Source: Eledone cirrhosa
Lineage: Eukaryota
Assembly: GCA_964016885.1 (NCBI GenBank)
Contig: OZ024741.1
Location: 168,702,001-168,766,000, forward strand
Reading direction: 5' to 3'
Length of the DNA stretch: 64,000 bases
The position numbers and the translations under genes were made by a program. The notes under the pieces were generated by a model, which saw nothing but the letters and a program-made list of their open reading frames with translations, searched no databases and was not told where the DNA came from. Below, in pieces: positions 29,170 through 42,983 of this stretch (its first letter is position 1; the number at the start of each line of letters is the position of its first letter).

Positions 29170-30190
29170 CTGAAGGAGGCCGACAGCCAAAGTGAAAATC
29201 TCACCGTTACATAATTGTGTGTTGTCCTTTTAGAGTCCAAAGCACCAAGAGACTGGTTTTTACCAAAGAAGCAGGAAAATCTTTAATCTGGCAGAAGTTG
29301 ATATATATCCATACGATTGGTCTGACTTTAGTCACATCACGCCTGGATAGATTATTGATACACGCCAAGCAAGTTGCTTCGCTACAAACACTAAGTATTT
29401 TTCCCATGCTTGTAATTTTGCCTCAGCTATAAGTAATAGATCGTCAGCATGTAGGAGTTCCCATGGAGTGCCAATTTTAAACTTCTCCATTATGGCAAAG
29501 GGGATTGAAGATTGATCCTTGGTAGACCACCACCTGCACTTCAAATTCATCACTGTTCGCATTGCCAACTCTCACCTTGCTTGTAGCATCCCTCCATATA
29601 GTTGCAGGGAGTCCATGAGTCATTCATCTTCACCAAGGTTCCAAAGCATCCACAAGACAACAGAGCAGGGAAATCTGATGGATCCCTTCTGCAGATCCAG
29701 GTACAGTAGCTTACTCTTAGCAAAATACTTCTCTTGCAGTCATAAGAACTGCATCCATCTAATTAACCTGATTCTGACCACCCTAATTATGCTATAACAC
29801 CTTTCAGCAACTTTCATGACCAGGTCAATCAACTTGGTGCCTCTGTAGTCACTTCTCTCTAATGTGTCTTCTTTGCTCTTGTAGCAATTACCAATGACAA
29901 TACTGTGCCAGTCATTGTGTTTGAGACTATCTTGTATGATTTCATTAGTTATGCACCTGACTAGTTCTTAACCTACTATGCCAGATGATATTAGCTTCTA
30001 TATCAGATTGTCAAGTTACCTTTCTTATCTTCATTTTATTTCCTTTGTCTATCACACTCCTGTCAGTCTTAATGATAGGTAACTTAGTTGTATCTGCATG
30101 TGTTAGGTCCTCACTGTCCCATTTATTCTCTTCATTCAAGAAGTCGTTTTACTACGTCTTCCATGCCTCTTTCTTCTTTTTATCAGCCAG
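29170..30190 (-). pseudogene. RTE LINE reverse transcriptase remnant
   Basis: PWELLHADDL motif, YRG.KL..Q.MKV.ER-like upstream segment; many stops. Confidence 0.8.
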
Positions 30191-30339
30191 AACAAGTACC
30201 TCCACTATCATTTACGACATACTTTTCCTGTATATAACACACACACACACTGCATACATGTGCGTGTTTGTGTCTGTGTATAGAGTCTAAGGTAGAGAGA
30301 CACAAGCCAAAACCACTTGCCACTGCAGTCAGGATTTTA

Positions 30340-30440
<101 letters not shown>

Positions 30441-30447
30441 ATATATA

Positions 30448-30985
30448 TGGAATAGAATGAAACTAAATTTCATTTCTCACTCTTAGTACGGCACTTACTT
30501 AATGTATGTATGTATACATACATACATACTTACATTTAAGTAAGTGCCGTACTAAGAGTGAGAAATGAAATTTCGTTTCATTCTATTCCATTTATCGTTT
30601 TCGGTGTGCCCGGCCGACTGAACTCACTCGATATGCAAATTAGGCTGCCCAGCCGTTAATATGCATAGGGAAAGTATATACTTTCAGACGTTCAACCATC
30701 TGGCAGGAAGGTATACGATGTTGACGATAGCTAATAAGCTTGAAACTAGTACATCGTTCCTGTGTCAGTGTTGAACAAAAAGGTGACGTGATTGCCTAAA
30801 CACTGTACGGCGTAATTCGGGCTGTTTGTTTGTCTACAAACAAACAAACCGAGCATTATAATAAATGGTCGGTAAACCGATACGTGCATGTATATATATA
30901 TGTGTGCATGTATGTATATATATACATACTACTGTACGTCTGTATACATATATGTATGTACGTATACATACATACATACTTATAT
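30448..30985 (+). mobile_element. Retrozyme-like 425-bp family copy with short 5' inversion
   Basis: Homologous to 12233-12660 in opposite orientation; HHR at 30715-30757 with TTGACGA core variant; 30450-30500 inverted versus 30538-30590. Confidence 0.8.
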
Positions 30986-31019
30986 ATATATACTTATATA
31001 TATATATATATATAATATA

Positions 31020-31300
31020 TAGTTATACTTAGGGAGGGTCATATTGTTGTAATATTGCCAGAAATAATAACAGAACACACTCACTGTTTGGTTTGTTTTC
31101 GCTTCTGTATATTTTATATCTCCATAGTTAATTTATTTGGCAATCAATATTTATCATTGATTGACCAGCGGTTAAAATTACAGATATAAATATATGTATA
31201 TATATAGTCTATCAAAGTTCTTTCGTTGCACATCTGCAACATCATCAGTGGAACTATTATGTTCCCTCCTATTGTATTGTAATGTCTATGCCATTTTTCT
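31020..31300 (-). mobile_element. HHR element subfamily D fragment
   Basis: Matches 11357-11650; HHR at 31212-31250. Confidence 0.75.
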
Positions 31301-31725
31301 TTATATATATATATATATGGGGGTGGGGGGTATAGTTATATATATATACATACATGGATATAACACGACCATAAAAGGATGATGATGATTTACGTGCACA
31401 CACATACTCACCCAATTTTATATATTATGTATTAGAATTAAAATAAATGCCATTAGAAAACAAATTGTCTACTAATCGATAATCAATATTAAGTTATGTT
31501 GATATTTAAAATAGAAAAAAAAATGACAGCCGTTATGGTGCCAGGAATGTTTGTGTTTGGTGGAAAACATTGTTTTAAGGAATAAATATATGTTAATTAA
31601 ATGTGAATGGAGGAATAATAGTTGATTTGACTTTATTTAAAAAATAGTGTTTGGCTATTGCTTTACGTGAAATGAAATACAAATAGCAACGATGATATTT
31701 ACTCCATATAATTACGATTTTTAAG

Positions 31726-31829
31726 AACGGGGAAAAGGACAATTAACTTCCATCTCTATGTCTGAATACAGTCGATTTCTTCCAGAGAAAGTGAAGAAAC
31801 ATATAGGAATAATTGATCCTAGTACGGAA
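31726..31829 (+). CDS. Candidate host coding exon, unknown protein
   Basis: TTTTTAAG acceptor, GTGAGT donor, open frame RGKGQLTSISMSEYSRFLPEKVKKHIGIIDPSTE in non-repetitive DNA. Confidence 0.35.
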
Positions 31830-32059
31830 GTGAGTAAGTTCTTAATATTACACCCATCTTGGAGATGGATGTAATAGTAATTTTTAGAAATGTTAAGGGT
31901 AGTTATTTGGTAGGTTTGATTAGAATTTTGAAGGTAAAAATTATGTTTTTCTTATGAAGTGTTATTTATCAGTTAAACATATTTTATTAGTAAAACTAAA
32001 AAAATCGTAATTTAATCTATTTCAAATAACAACAAACTACAGATATTTAAACATTAAAC

Positions 32060-32240
32060 ACGGAAAATGAAGAGAAGTGCAAGGGCTCTAGGGGCACAGA
32101 AGAATGGGAGGAGGAAGGGGGAAGGTGATGGGCTCTAGGCCTAGGGCGTGGCGGTGTTGTGGCTACGCCTCACGGACAGGACCGCAAAAGCATTCCCGTG
32201 GACAATGGCCAGCGACACCCGCTGCAACATCCACAAATAT
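32060..32240 (-). mobile_element. CRE-clade extreme 3' end
   Basis: LQRVSLAIVHGNAFAVLSV followed by a UTR like that at 33620-33670. Confidence 0.65.
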
Positions 32241-32572
32241 GGCCTTCAAAATCATCGTAAATTAATCGATTTTTTGTGACTCTTCTACTCAAGAGTTTCG
32301 TGACACCCATCTCGGAAATGAATGTAATAATTATTTCTACATTGGCACAAAGCCAACAATTTGAAGGGAAAAAACGATAAATCGACCCCATTGCGTAACT
32401 GGTGCTTTATTTTATCGAACCCGTAAGGAGATCTTGGAGGCTATTTCTTTGTGTCTACTAAAACAAAAAATTTGGGATAGTTTTCAACTACCAATAACCA
32501 CGCCTCGGATATACCTCATTAACCATGGTACCGCCTTTGCGCAAAGTACCAGGCATGTTATTTATACAGACA

Positions 32573-32737
32573 CAGCCCTGCCAACCTCTAAAAACCGAAA
32601 CGAGAATACCATCGAAAAAGGTGTCCCAAAACTGGGAGAAATGAAGCAAAAATGGGGAGGTTTTATATAGACATCTCTTATCCACCCCAAAGTGGCTGGG
32701 AGATCTCCCGGTCGGACGGGAAGAGTCGACAGGTCTG
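32573..32737. mobile_element. MITE with ~16-bp TIRs
   Basis: CAGCCCTGCCAACCTCT...AGAGTCGACAGGTCTG flanked by duplicated CAGACA; second copy at 50372-50566. Confidence 0.75.
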
Positions 32738-33237
32738 CAGACAACTGTTAACAAATACGGATGAAATAGATTATCTATTTCTTGTTTACTCTTTTGCTCG
32801 TTTCAGTCATTAGATGGAGCAAAGCTGGGGCACTGCATCAAAGGGATATGTTTGGTCAACCATATGACACTCAATATTTATTGTATTGATCTCTTTGTAT
32901 GAGACTGTTATATTGCTGGAGGGGATATTTTGAGACAATGTTTTACAACCAGATAACCTTTTTGGCACTTTTAGATGCAGGGAAATTGTATACCTATCTT
33001 AAAACTGGGGTACACATATACAATGGGTTACTGAAGTTTCTATCTATTAAATTTCACTCATAAGATTTCAGTCAGCCTATAGCAGAAGACACTTGACCAA
33101 GGTACTGTGCAGAGGAATGGATTTAGTAAACTCCCTAATCCCACAGCTATGTCTGGCCTTCTGAAAAATTGTAAAAAAAATATATGTAAAATCAAATTGT
33201 TTTTTTTTTGTTTCAGTGGTCAGCTTTGCCTATTTTT

Positions 33238-33700
33238 CTCGACCGCGGAGACGGCAAGCGCCCCGACGGAATTACTCTCTTCCCATTCGAAGGATGTAGA
33301 TCCTTCATCTGGGACACCACATGTTGCGACACGTTCTCCGCCTCTAGCTTAGTTGTTTCAGCCCCAAACCCAGGTACTGCAACCCGTAATGTAGAGGAAA
33401 GGAAGACAAACAAATACCAGGGATTATCTGGCCGCTTCTTCTTCACAGCAATCGGTATCGAGACTTCAGGCGTACTTGGACCCTGTACGGCCGAGCTCCT
33501 CCGCAAGACCGGAATGTCAGCAGCCCGTCTGAGGAAGGAGCCCCGCAAGGTGGCGTGGCTGTTGCAGTGTATTGTCTACGGAAATGCTTTTGCGTTCTAC
33601 ACCGTGGGGCGCAGTCCCAACACGCTGCGCTCTACGCCTAGAGTCCACCCCTCTCCCTTCCCCTTCCCATCATTATGTTTATCGCATATCGAAGTTTTCT
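33238..33700 (+). mobile_element. CRE-clade non-LTR element, restriction-like endonuclease domain (5' truncated)
   Basis: DGKRPDG...IWD.T..D.....E..K..KY.....F..I.IETSG..GP...GNA, a PD-(D/E)xK RLE signature. Confidence 0.85.
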
Positions 33701-34090
33701 GACTATTTTAGAATGCAAAGAGCTAAACTATTCACTACAACTAAATTGACCAAATCCCCCCCCCCCCCCCACACACGCACACAGACATTCAATTCAGCAG
33801 TGCTTCCATCAATTCTACACGAATCACACACTCAGAAGAAATAATACACACCCTCGAAATGCACTTCATTTGCTGCATACAGGTTACTGTATCCATGACA
33901 CACCTGGACTCTCCCTCTCGGTCAGCGCCACTCCCTGCACGCCTTACTGCTCGCCTACTTCCTAACATATCTTAATTTTCCCCCACCCTTCTAACCTCAG
34001 TTGTTCCGACCTTATCTCTCTCTCCGAACTTTGCTATTTCCTGAACAAGGATTTATGTCCGATATATCGAGACATATATATATATATATA

Positions 34091-34245
34091 CAGCTAGATC
34101 CGAAATAATTCGGATCTAGCTGTCGAAACGGCTGGAGCTCAGCCGTCGGGGCCCGACTCTTTTCCTATTACCCACTCTACTACCCTAAGTATTGTGTACT
34201 CTGGAGCGTTATGGTCCACCTGGTATCTTACGACACCCTCTTTGT
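34091..34245 (+). mobile_element. pLTR-like fragment with 5'-truncated HHR
   Basis: Perfect 14-bp stem II, then GAAA-CGGCTG-GAGCT-CAGCCG-TC; CTGANGA replaced by (TA)n. Confidence 0.55.
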
Positions 34246-34470
34246 ATATATATATATATATATATATATACAAGAATAAACTCAGAGATGTGTGTCTGTG
34301 AAACATACATATACAGCAGGTCTGAATACAAAGGAACTAAACTTACACTGTCACTACCTCCGTCTCTCCTGCTCTCCCCATCTCACACTATTATGAGCAA
34401 ATGGTGGTCCTCGTACTGGCCGTCCCACGGCTCCGGTGGAAATGATTTATGATGTAGCTGACAAGCCTAC

Positions 34471-34705
34471 CTAGTCAGAGATCTTATTTCTCCATACATC
34501 TCTGTTGGCAAGAGATGTCTTTATTGAGATGGTCACTGAGTTAGATACAACTGGGAAATTATCTTTATCTTCTGGAATCATATGGCCAAATGACCGCTGA
34601 TAACGGTGATGTATCACACTACCACCATAGTTGAAGTCAAATGGCAGCATGCGTCCACTCCTATCACAACCGTTCACGTCCAGCAAAACAATCCAGGTTA
34701 ATTCA
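34471..34705 (-). CDS. Candidate terminal coding exon of an unidentified host gene
   Basis: TTCAG acceptor in frame with a 77-aa complex ORF ELTWIVLLDVNGCDRSGRMLPFDFNYGG...NKISD*; no repeat similarity seen. Confidence 0.45.
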
Positions 34706-35309
34706 CTGAACCCACATGCATATATTGATAAATAATAAAAAAGGAATATAAAATGTAGATTACGGAATACCAAACTATGAAATCTGAAAAATGTGAAACT
34801 ATCTAAACTATAATAAAGTAAGAAGCGCGGGACTGCGTACGGTTTATAATTTTTTATCCACTTAGTAAAATAAGTTGGATTACTTTGAATAAATAATTGT
34901 TTCTACTTTTGGCACAAGGCCAGCAATTATCCAGTACATTACTGGTACTTTATTGTATCGACCCCGTAAGGATGAAAGGTAAAGTTAACCTCGGCGGGAT
35001 TTGAACTCAGACCGTAAAGGGACGTAACTATGCTGGAAAGCATGGCGTCCGACTCTCTACTGATACTGCCAATCCACCGCCCTCTGAATAAATAATGAAT
35101 GAATATTACATAATTTATCTACTAAATTTCGTGGCTGTTCATTAAATATATTTTATTACTTATTATTTAAATATTCACTTCTTTAAAATGTTCAAATGTC
35201 AACACTTCCGGTTAGCGGTTGCTTAAATAAATATTCATATATTTCTGTCACTAATTTTCTCCTAATGCAGTTTATATATAATATCGTCTTTTTTTTAATG
35301 TATCCCAAA

Positions 35310-35580
35310 AGTCAGCTCAAAAGTGACACAGAGGAGACTGAGGTTAGCTGGACATGCTCACCGACATCCAGAGTTGACATTGCACTCAGTACTCCTTTGG
35401 GAGCCCCTACATGGACACACTAGAAGAGGAAGACCAAGGTTAACGTATATTGATGCCCTAAGGACAGACACTGGTCTGTTGGAGATGCAGGACATGGCAG
35501 CGATAATGAGGGACAGAGACCGCTGGAGAGAACTCGTCCATGGATCTCGGGAATTTTACCCGCCTTAGATAGATAGATGG
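35310..35580 (+). mobile_element. RTE/RTE-X LINE 3' fragment
   Basis: RRLRLAGH..RH.E......LLWEP.HG..RRGRP..TYID.L..DTGL, with (TAGA)n tail. Confidence 0.85.
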
Positions 35581-35936
35581 ATGACGTTACTGATTACAGA
35601 AGACAGTGTAACACAGTCTTCGTTCAATTTCTGTGTATATTGTCAATTACGATTTTATTTGATGTATCATAACAACATGCATATATACTTGCGTATAATA
35701 TCAATATACACACTACACATGCAAGCAGAAAACCACCAGAAGGGTGGTTTTTCTGTAAGTAAAATTAATACAGTAATACCAGAGAGTATAGTAATATAAA
35801 AAATATATAAACATATACCATATAACTGTAAAAATACTCGCACGCTGTTGTGCTACTTTATACAGATACATTTACGCATACAGAGCTTGAACTCACACGC
35901 TCATACACATACTTACATACACACATAGATACATAC

Positions 35937-36348
35937 ATGGTGGCTGCCAACTCGTTTTCGAGTACGGCCACTACATTATATCCATGTAGGAGAACCCCTA
36001 CCGATGCGCTGAACAAGTGTGACTTTTTAGTCCAGCCAGCGACTTGAAAACTCTGGTACAAACACTACACTTGTGACAATTATTGACACATAGTGCTGGG
36101 CCCATGGTACCATGTGACGACAAGTGCAGAGAGATCTCCAGATATAAAGCAATGCCTGTGCCGTGAAGCTTTTATAGTGAGCAAAGGCACTGCACAAAGC
36201 CAGTCCCACTCTCTTAACCAAGATGATATTTACCAAAAAGAAGAACAACTCAACATCATTGGATACAATCAGGGTTGCAGGTGTTATATCAGAGTTTTCC
36301 TTCTCCTAGAATTCTGCCTTGACAAAGGCTAAGGGGTCATCTCTCCCG
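35937..36348 (-). mobile_element. RTE-related SINE-like element (5' truncated)
   Basis: Near-identical to 60500-60912. Confidence 0.75.
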
Positions 36349-36379
36349 GATAGATAGATAGATACATACATAAGAGATA

Positions 36380-37242
36380 GGGATACAGGCAAAACACCTA
36401 GATGTAACAAGTGCAGATTCTGCAGTATTAACACCGAAGATGTGACGCATGTCATAAGCAACTGTCCAAAATGTCATCACGGTACCATCTACCTATGAGG
36501 CATGATGTAGTGGCCAAAACCCCGTACAATGCAATCCGTAGAAAAGATAGCCCCGACAATAAACACATTAAAAGTTACAGCAATGTGGAAGACATATACA
36601 TGCATTATATGAACGAGTACTATTGGAATGTTCCAGTAAAAACCCAAATAAAATACAAGCATAACAGACCAGATATAATAATATGGGACAGGAAAAAGAA
36701 CGCATGCACAGTAGTGGAAGTTAGCTGCCGTGTAGCTGCCAATATAATATCAAAGATTAGTGAAAAGGAGAATATCTATGCAGAACTAATGAGAAAATCT
36801 ACAGATGCTCCACCCTGATTACACCTTCAGATTTATACCTGTGTTTATTGGGGCACTGGGATATGTTAGTTACTGCCTCAGTACAAATCTTGAGAAGCTG
36901 GGCTTCGCAGGAACAGAAAGAACACGACTAGTTAGGAAATTACAAGTACAATCCATTAATGGAACAGTAAAAATATGTAAAACATTCCCAAAATTCACCA
37001 TCTAATTACTGCATATACACTTGTACAGATACAAAGCATATGCACATGCACACATATAACTCAAAACATACACATCCACACATATAATAACATCCATACC
37101 TGCACACACATATATGCATGCAGACATGCATACATGTCTATATAGTTGATGTTGTGTAAATTCCAATGAGAGAGTCTCGTATTTATGTTAGAAACCGACT
37201 CTCTCTCTTTCTCCATTGGCAAAAATGTGTGAAATTATAAAA
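36380..37242 (+). mobile_element. R4/Dong-like non-LTR element 3' part (CCHC knuckle plus RLE)
   Basis: CRFC....E...H....C, RHD.VAK, HNRPDIIIWD......VVEVSC, FIPV.IGALG; frameshifted. Confidence 0.85.
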
Positions 37243-38463
37243 CCAGACAGACAGGCAGACAGACAGACAGAATGGATATACATTAGCAACATGATACACC
37301 GAAGTTGTGTTTGCCGTTCAGCTGCATATGCCGGATCATTCAGGTAGGCTATAAGCACTCAATGATTCAATACAAATGAGTATTCATTTCGTCAGAGTGG
37401 AATCTTTGTGAAATTAGAGGGAAGCTTTGCAAATGATATTTAGACCATCCAGATGCTACCTACAGCAGACAATAACAACCTCAGTGAGCACAGGTGCCAT
37501 GTGGAAATAGACGTCGACAGACATAAACAAATGTAAACCTATATACTCACACAGACACTCAGGCTCACATCCACCTATTCAGGTGCACATATATAAGAAT
37601 GCACAGAAGTACAGAACTCTCAAGTAACTAATACACTGTGACGCAGCACCCATCAGTGCACCTTCATATACATATTAATAAGTAAACAAACTGTGTTAAA
37701 TAATTTTTTCTACTTTTGGCACAAGGCCAGCAATTACCCCAGTACATTACTGGTGCTTTATTTTATCGACCCCCTAAGGATGAAAGGCAAAGCCAACCGT
37801 GGCGGGATTTGAACTCAGAAGGTAAAGTGCCATAACTCTGTACTTGAAAACACAGTGTCTGACGCTCTACAGATACTGCCAATCCACCGTGTTAAATAAA
37901 TTAAGCGTATATAAATTAAGCATATTACATTTTTATGTATAATAAACAGGTCTCACGATATATGTTTTAAGCTGTGATCATGTCACAGCTACTTCAATGC
38001 TTGTTTGAGAACAGCAGGCACTAGTGTTTCAGTATCTTTGATCTATTATCAGTGATGTTTATTCCCTTGGTATTGAGACTAGAATAAGCTATAGCTTATA
38101 TACTTTTTGTATATATAATATCTGCAGCAGAATTTTATTAGCGAGCTTGACGAACTGGGATTAAGTATCACTAGTACTAACACACCATGATTCATAATAC
38201 AGTTGTATATGAAGGCATATACAATATGTTTATGCATAATAAACATATATAAGGGTGTTTTAAACCCATGCATAATAAACATATATAAGGGTGTTTAAAC
38301 CTTAACAAGTCCCAGCTATCTCAGCAGCCATGTGAAAACGTCTAACTCTAGCGTTTGGTGTTTCAAGCTATTTTATTCCCCATTAATGATATTTGGTACT
38401 GAAACAAAAATAAACTATAGCTTATATACTTTATCTGCACTTTCATATACACCTCTATTAATG

Positions 38464-38509
<46 letters not shown>

Positions 38510-38639
38510 GTGTGTGTATGTGTGCGCGTACGTAAGTGTGTTTATATGTGCAGCTCACATCTATGTAAAATAAGCTCCCAATAGAATTTGAACAGAAAAT
38601 ATTAAAAGCTGGAATAAATACCACGAAGCATTCTATCTA

Positions 38640-40700
38640 ACAAGAAAGATTCTGCCAACCCACCGCCCTTAAATTTAACAATACTAAAACATTTATGATA
38701 ATACTGATTTCTAGTATAGGCACAAGGCCAGTAATTTGGGGGAGGGGAAAGTCAATTAAATCGACCCCAGTACGTTACTGATGCTTTATTTTATCGCCCC
38801 CGTAAAGATGAAAGGCAAAGTTAACCTCGGCGAGATTTGAACTCAGACCGTAAAGGGCCGTAACTCTATGCTTCAAAGTATGGTGTCCAAATCTCTACCG
38901 ATAGTGCCAGCCCATCACCCTTAAATTTAACAATACTTAAACTAACATTAATGATAATAATTATTTCTAGTATAGGCACAAGGCCAGTAATTTGGGGGGA
39001 GAGTCGATTAGATCGATCCCAGTGCGTGATTGGTACTTTATTTTATCGACCCCGTAAGGATGAAAGGCAAAGTTAACCTCGGCGAGATTTGAACTCAGAT
39101 CGTAAAGGACCGTAACTCTACGCTGCAAAGTATGGTGTCCGACTCTCTAACGATACTGCCAATCCACCGCCCTAACAACATTAATGATAATAATTGTTTC
39201 TACGTTAGGCACAAGGCCAGCAATTACCCAGTACATTACTGGTACTTTATTTTATCGACCCCGTAAGGATGAAAGGAAAAGTTAACCTCGGCGGGATTTG
39301 AACTCAGAATGGCAAGGGCCGTAACTCTATGCGTCAAAGCATGGCGTCCGACCCTCTACTGATACTGCCCCTATTTGTATATATCTAGAATATTTGAATA
39401 ATTAGAGACGTTTTCATTACACATCATGCAGCAACTAGGAGATATTTCGTAATAAAATAATTGTTTCTACTTTTAGGCACAAGGTCAGCAATTACCCAGT
39501 GCATTACTGGTACTTTATTTTATCGACCCCGTAAGGATGAAATGCAAAGTTAACCTCGGCGGGATTTGAACTCAGATCGTAAAGGGACGTAACTATGCTG
39601 GAAAGCATGGCGTCCGACCCTCTACCGATACTGGCAATCCAAATAAATTTCGTAATAAAATAATTGTTTCTACTTTAGGCACAAGGCCAGCAATTATCCA
39701 GTGCATTACTGGTACTTTATTTTATCGACCCCCTAAGGATGAAGGGCAAAGTTAACCTCGGCGGGATTTGAGAATAAAATAATGGTTTCTAGTTTAGGCA
39801 CAAGGCCATCATTTTTTGAGGATTCAATCGATTAAATTGGCCCCAGTACTTGACTGGTCTGTTATTTCATCAAACTCAGAAGGATGAAAGGCAAAGTTGA
39901 CCAGACAGATTTGAATTCAGAATGTAAAGATATGTAAGCTTCATTGTAAAATAATGGGTTCAGATTTATGCACAAGACCAGCAATTTTTGAAGGAGGGGA
40001 AAGTCGATTAAATCGACCCCAGTGCATGACTAGTACTTTATTTTATTGACCCCGTAAAGATAAAAGGCAAAGCTAACCTTGACAGGATTTGAACTCAGAA
40101 TAGCAACGGCCGTAACTCTATGCGTTAAGGCATGGTGTCTGACCTTCTACCGATACTGCCAATTCACCATAAAATAATAATAGACATCCCAGTTGGGTTA
40201 TAATTCATTATCAGAATCAACAGTAATCCAACATGCACGCACACACACACACCCAAACACACACACACACATGTCAGCAGTTTATGGATTGTTTGTTTTC
40301 ACCGGCACATGATTCCTTAGCAAGTATTAGCAATTCTTGTGTGTTTCGTAATAAAATAATTGTGTCTACTTTTGGCACAAGGCCAGCAATTATCCCAGTA
40401 CATTACTGGTACTTTATTTTATCGACCCCGTAAGGATGAAAGGCAAAGTTAACCTTGGCGGGATCTGAACTCAGAATGGCAAGGGCCGTAACTCTATACG
40501 TCAAAGCATGGCGTCCGACCCTCTACCAATTCTGCCAATCCACCGATAATAATGACTTCTGATTTAGATACAAGCCAGGAATTGTTTGAGTGCGGAACAT
40601 TTAATTACATGAACTTCACTATATCACTGGAACTTCATTCTACTGAAAGGTACATGTATCGAACTCAGAATATGAAGAACCAGAACAAATACCGCAAAGC
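38640..40700 (-). mobile_element. Head-to-tail array of about 9-10 Meta-type SINE copies
   Basis: Repeated AGGCACAAGGCCAG..TACTTTATTTTATCGACCCCGTAAGGATGAAAGGCAAAG..GATTTGAACTCAG, all in one orientation. Confidence 0.9.
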
Positions 40701-41171
40701 ATTTTATTCATGGTTTCCCACATCAGCACATGAAGACAAAATATTTGGGGAGTAGTGTAGACAATTAAACCGCCTCCATATAATCATAATAAAACCATTC
40801 TAGCTTTAGGAGGTCGAAAATAAACCCCATTTTGTTGTTTTTGTTATCGATAAATTCATGCTTCATTCTTTTATTAGAGAATTTCCAATTGTCTCTATTT
40901 GAAAACAATTTAAAATTTAATTATTATCTTTTGGCTAATTCTTCTATACTTCTAATTTTATCAATAACCCTCTTCTCTTTATAGTATTCTTTTTCATTAC
41001 TTGTTATCTCGCAATCACAACTTATAATAAACGTTTTCTTTCTCTCAACAAATTTAACAGTTATAATTAATGTTTTGCATCAGGAGAAAATAAGGTCAAA
41101 TGGAAACGTTTGTTTTGCTTTATATTTAGCTTCATTGAAGATAAACAATTTCACACAATCCTTTCAATCGC

Positions 41172-41274
<103 letters not shown>

Positions 41275-41799
41275 TAAGACAGAGAGAAACTTCTTTGAAT
41301 TCTTGCAACAAGTGCTCCAGTTGTTCAAATAAATGGAAACAGCTTGCTCATACAATTAACGTGCAAGTTGCTAAGTATTCCTTAGACATATGTATTCTTA
41401 GGCTGAGTGGTTAGAGGATTGAATTCGCAATCGTGGGGTTGTGATTTAGATTCCCATGCGTTATATCCTTGAACAAGACATTTTATTTCACGTTGCTCCT
41501 GCATGGACTTGCCACCAATAGATAGTATTAGCAATTGGAAAGACCAACGGAAATATTGTTTCCTCGGTCCGATTTGACGAGCTCCACCCCACTCATTAAG
41601 CGATTGAGTTCATGGATCTTGTCGATCGATAGTCGATATATACCCTTATCTCATTTTCATTGCATCTGATCCACCTTTTTCACTCAGCACATTTATGCTT
41701 TGCAGTTCATGTACTATTATACATGTATAGCAGCATATTGAACACATTTTTTCCATTTTATTTACAAATCCTCTGCTTTCAATCTCCAAGTATTGCTTC

Positions 41800-42042
<243 letters not shown>

Positions 42043-42067
42043 CACACACACATAAATATATATATAT

Positions 42068-42799
42068 AAATATAATTTAGCGAGAATCACATTTCGGCGA
42101 GAAGAAATTAGCGAAAAGCAACTTCCGATTTGTGTTGGCAAGCGTTCAATGGATAGGAATATACCAGAGCGATAAACATACGTTAAAAAGGCCATACAAA
42201 CTGAGACGATGGTTAAGCCATTAACCACCAAGTCAGAAGAAGCGAGCAAGCTAATGGGGTCAAACAAAATAAGATATGATTGAAATATTTACCCGGACCC
42301 TCGAGAATGATGGTAAAATCCAATAGAGGGTTTCTGTGACACCTAAATCATAATGCTTAGAAAAAAAGAAAAAAAAGCTTATTGGTATGATGATCGAACA
42401 AGGATATCACTTTTTCAACAGGTATTTTGTTCTGCGCCAGGATTCGAATCTCACAGTGTTCTGAGAGCACATGTGGACTCCAAAGGGGAGAAAACGCCTA
42501 GTTTTGGCAAATGAATTCAGTATGTGTGGTTATTGCAAAATTGCAAAAATATCACAAAACGAATTAAGCTCTCGACCGAGTAGTTTTTAAAGTAAACTTA
42601 AGCGATTAATCAGTCAATAGAATTAACTAAAAAATTCAAAAAAAATAACTGGTTAATTGCTAGACTCAGGAGATTAATACAAATATAATTTAGCGAGAAT
42701 CGCATTTCGGCGAGTAGAAATTAGGGAAAAGCAACTTCCGATTTGTGTTGGCAAGCGCTCAATAGATAGGAATATACCAGAGCGATAAAAATACGTTAA
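42068..42799. mobile_element. Non-coding ~610-bp unit with ~120-bp terminal redundancy
   Basis: 42068-42187 is repeated at 42681-42799; flanked by microsatellites; diverged homolog at 43350-44123. Confidence 0.7.
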
Positions 42800-42804
42800 C
42801 ATAC

Positions 42805-42892
<88 letters not shown>

Positions 42893-42983
42893 CATACGCA
42901 TATATATATATGTATATATATATATACAGACACGATTTTTGACTGCGGTAAGAATTTCTTTCTTATATCAAAGTTTAATGGGC

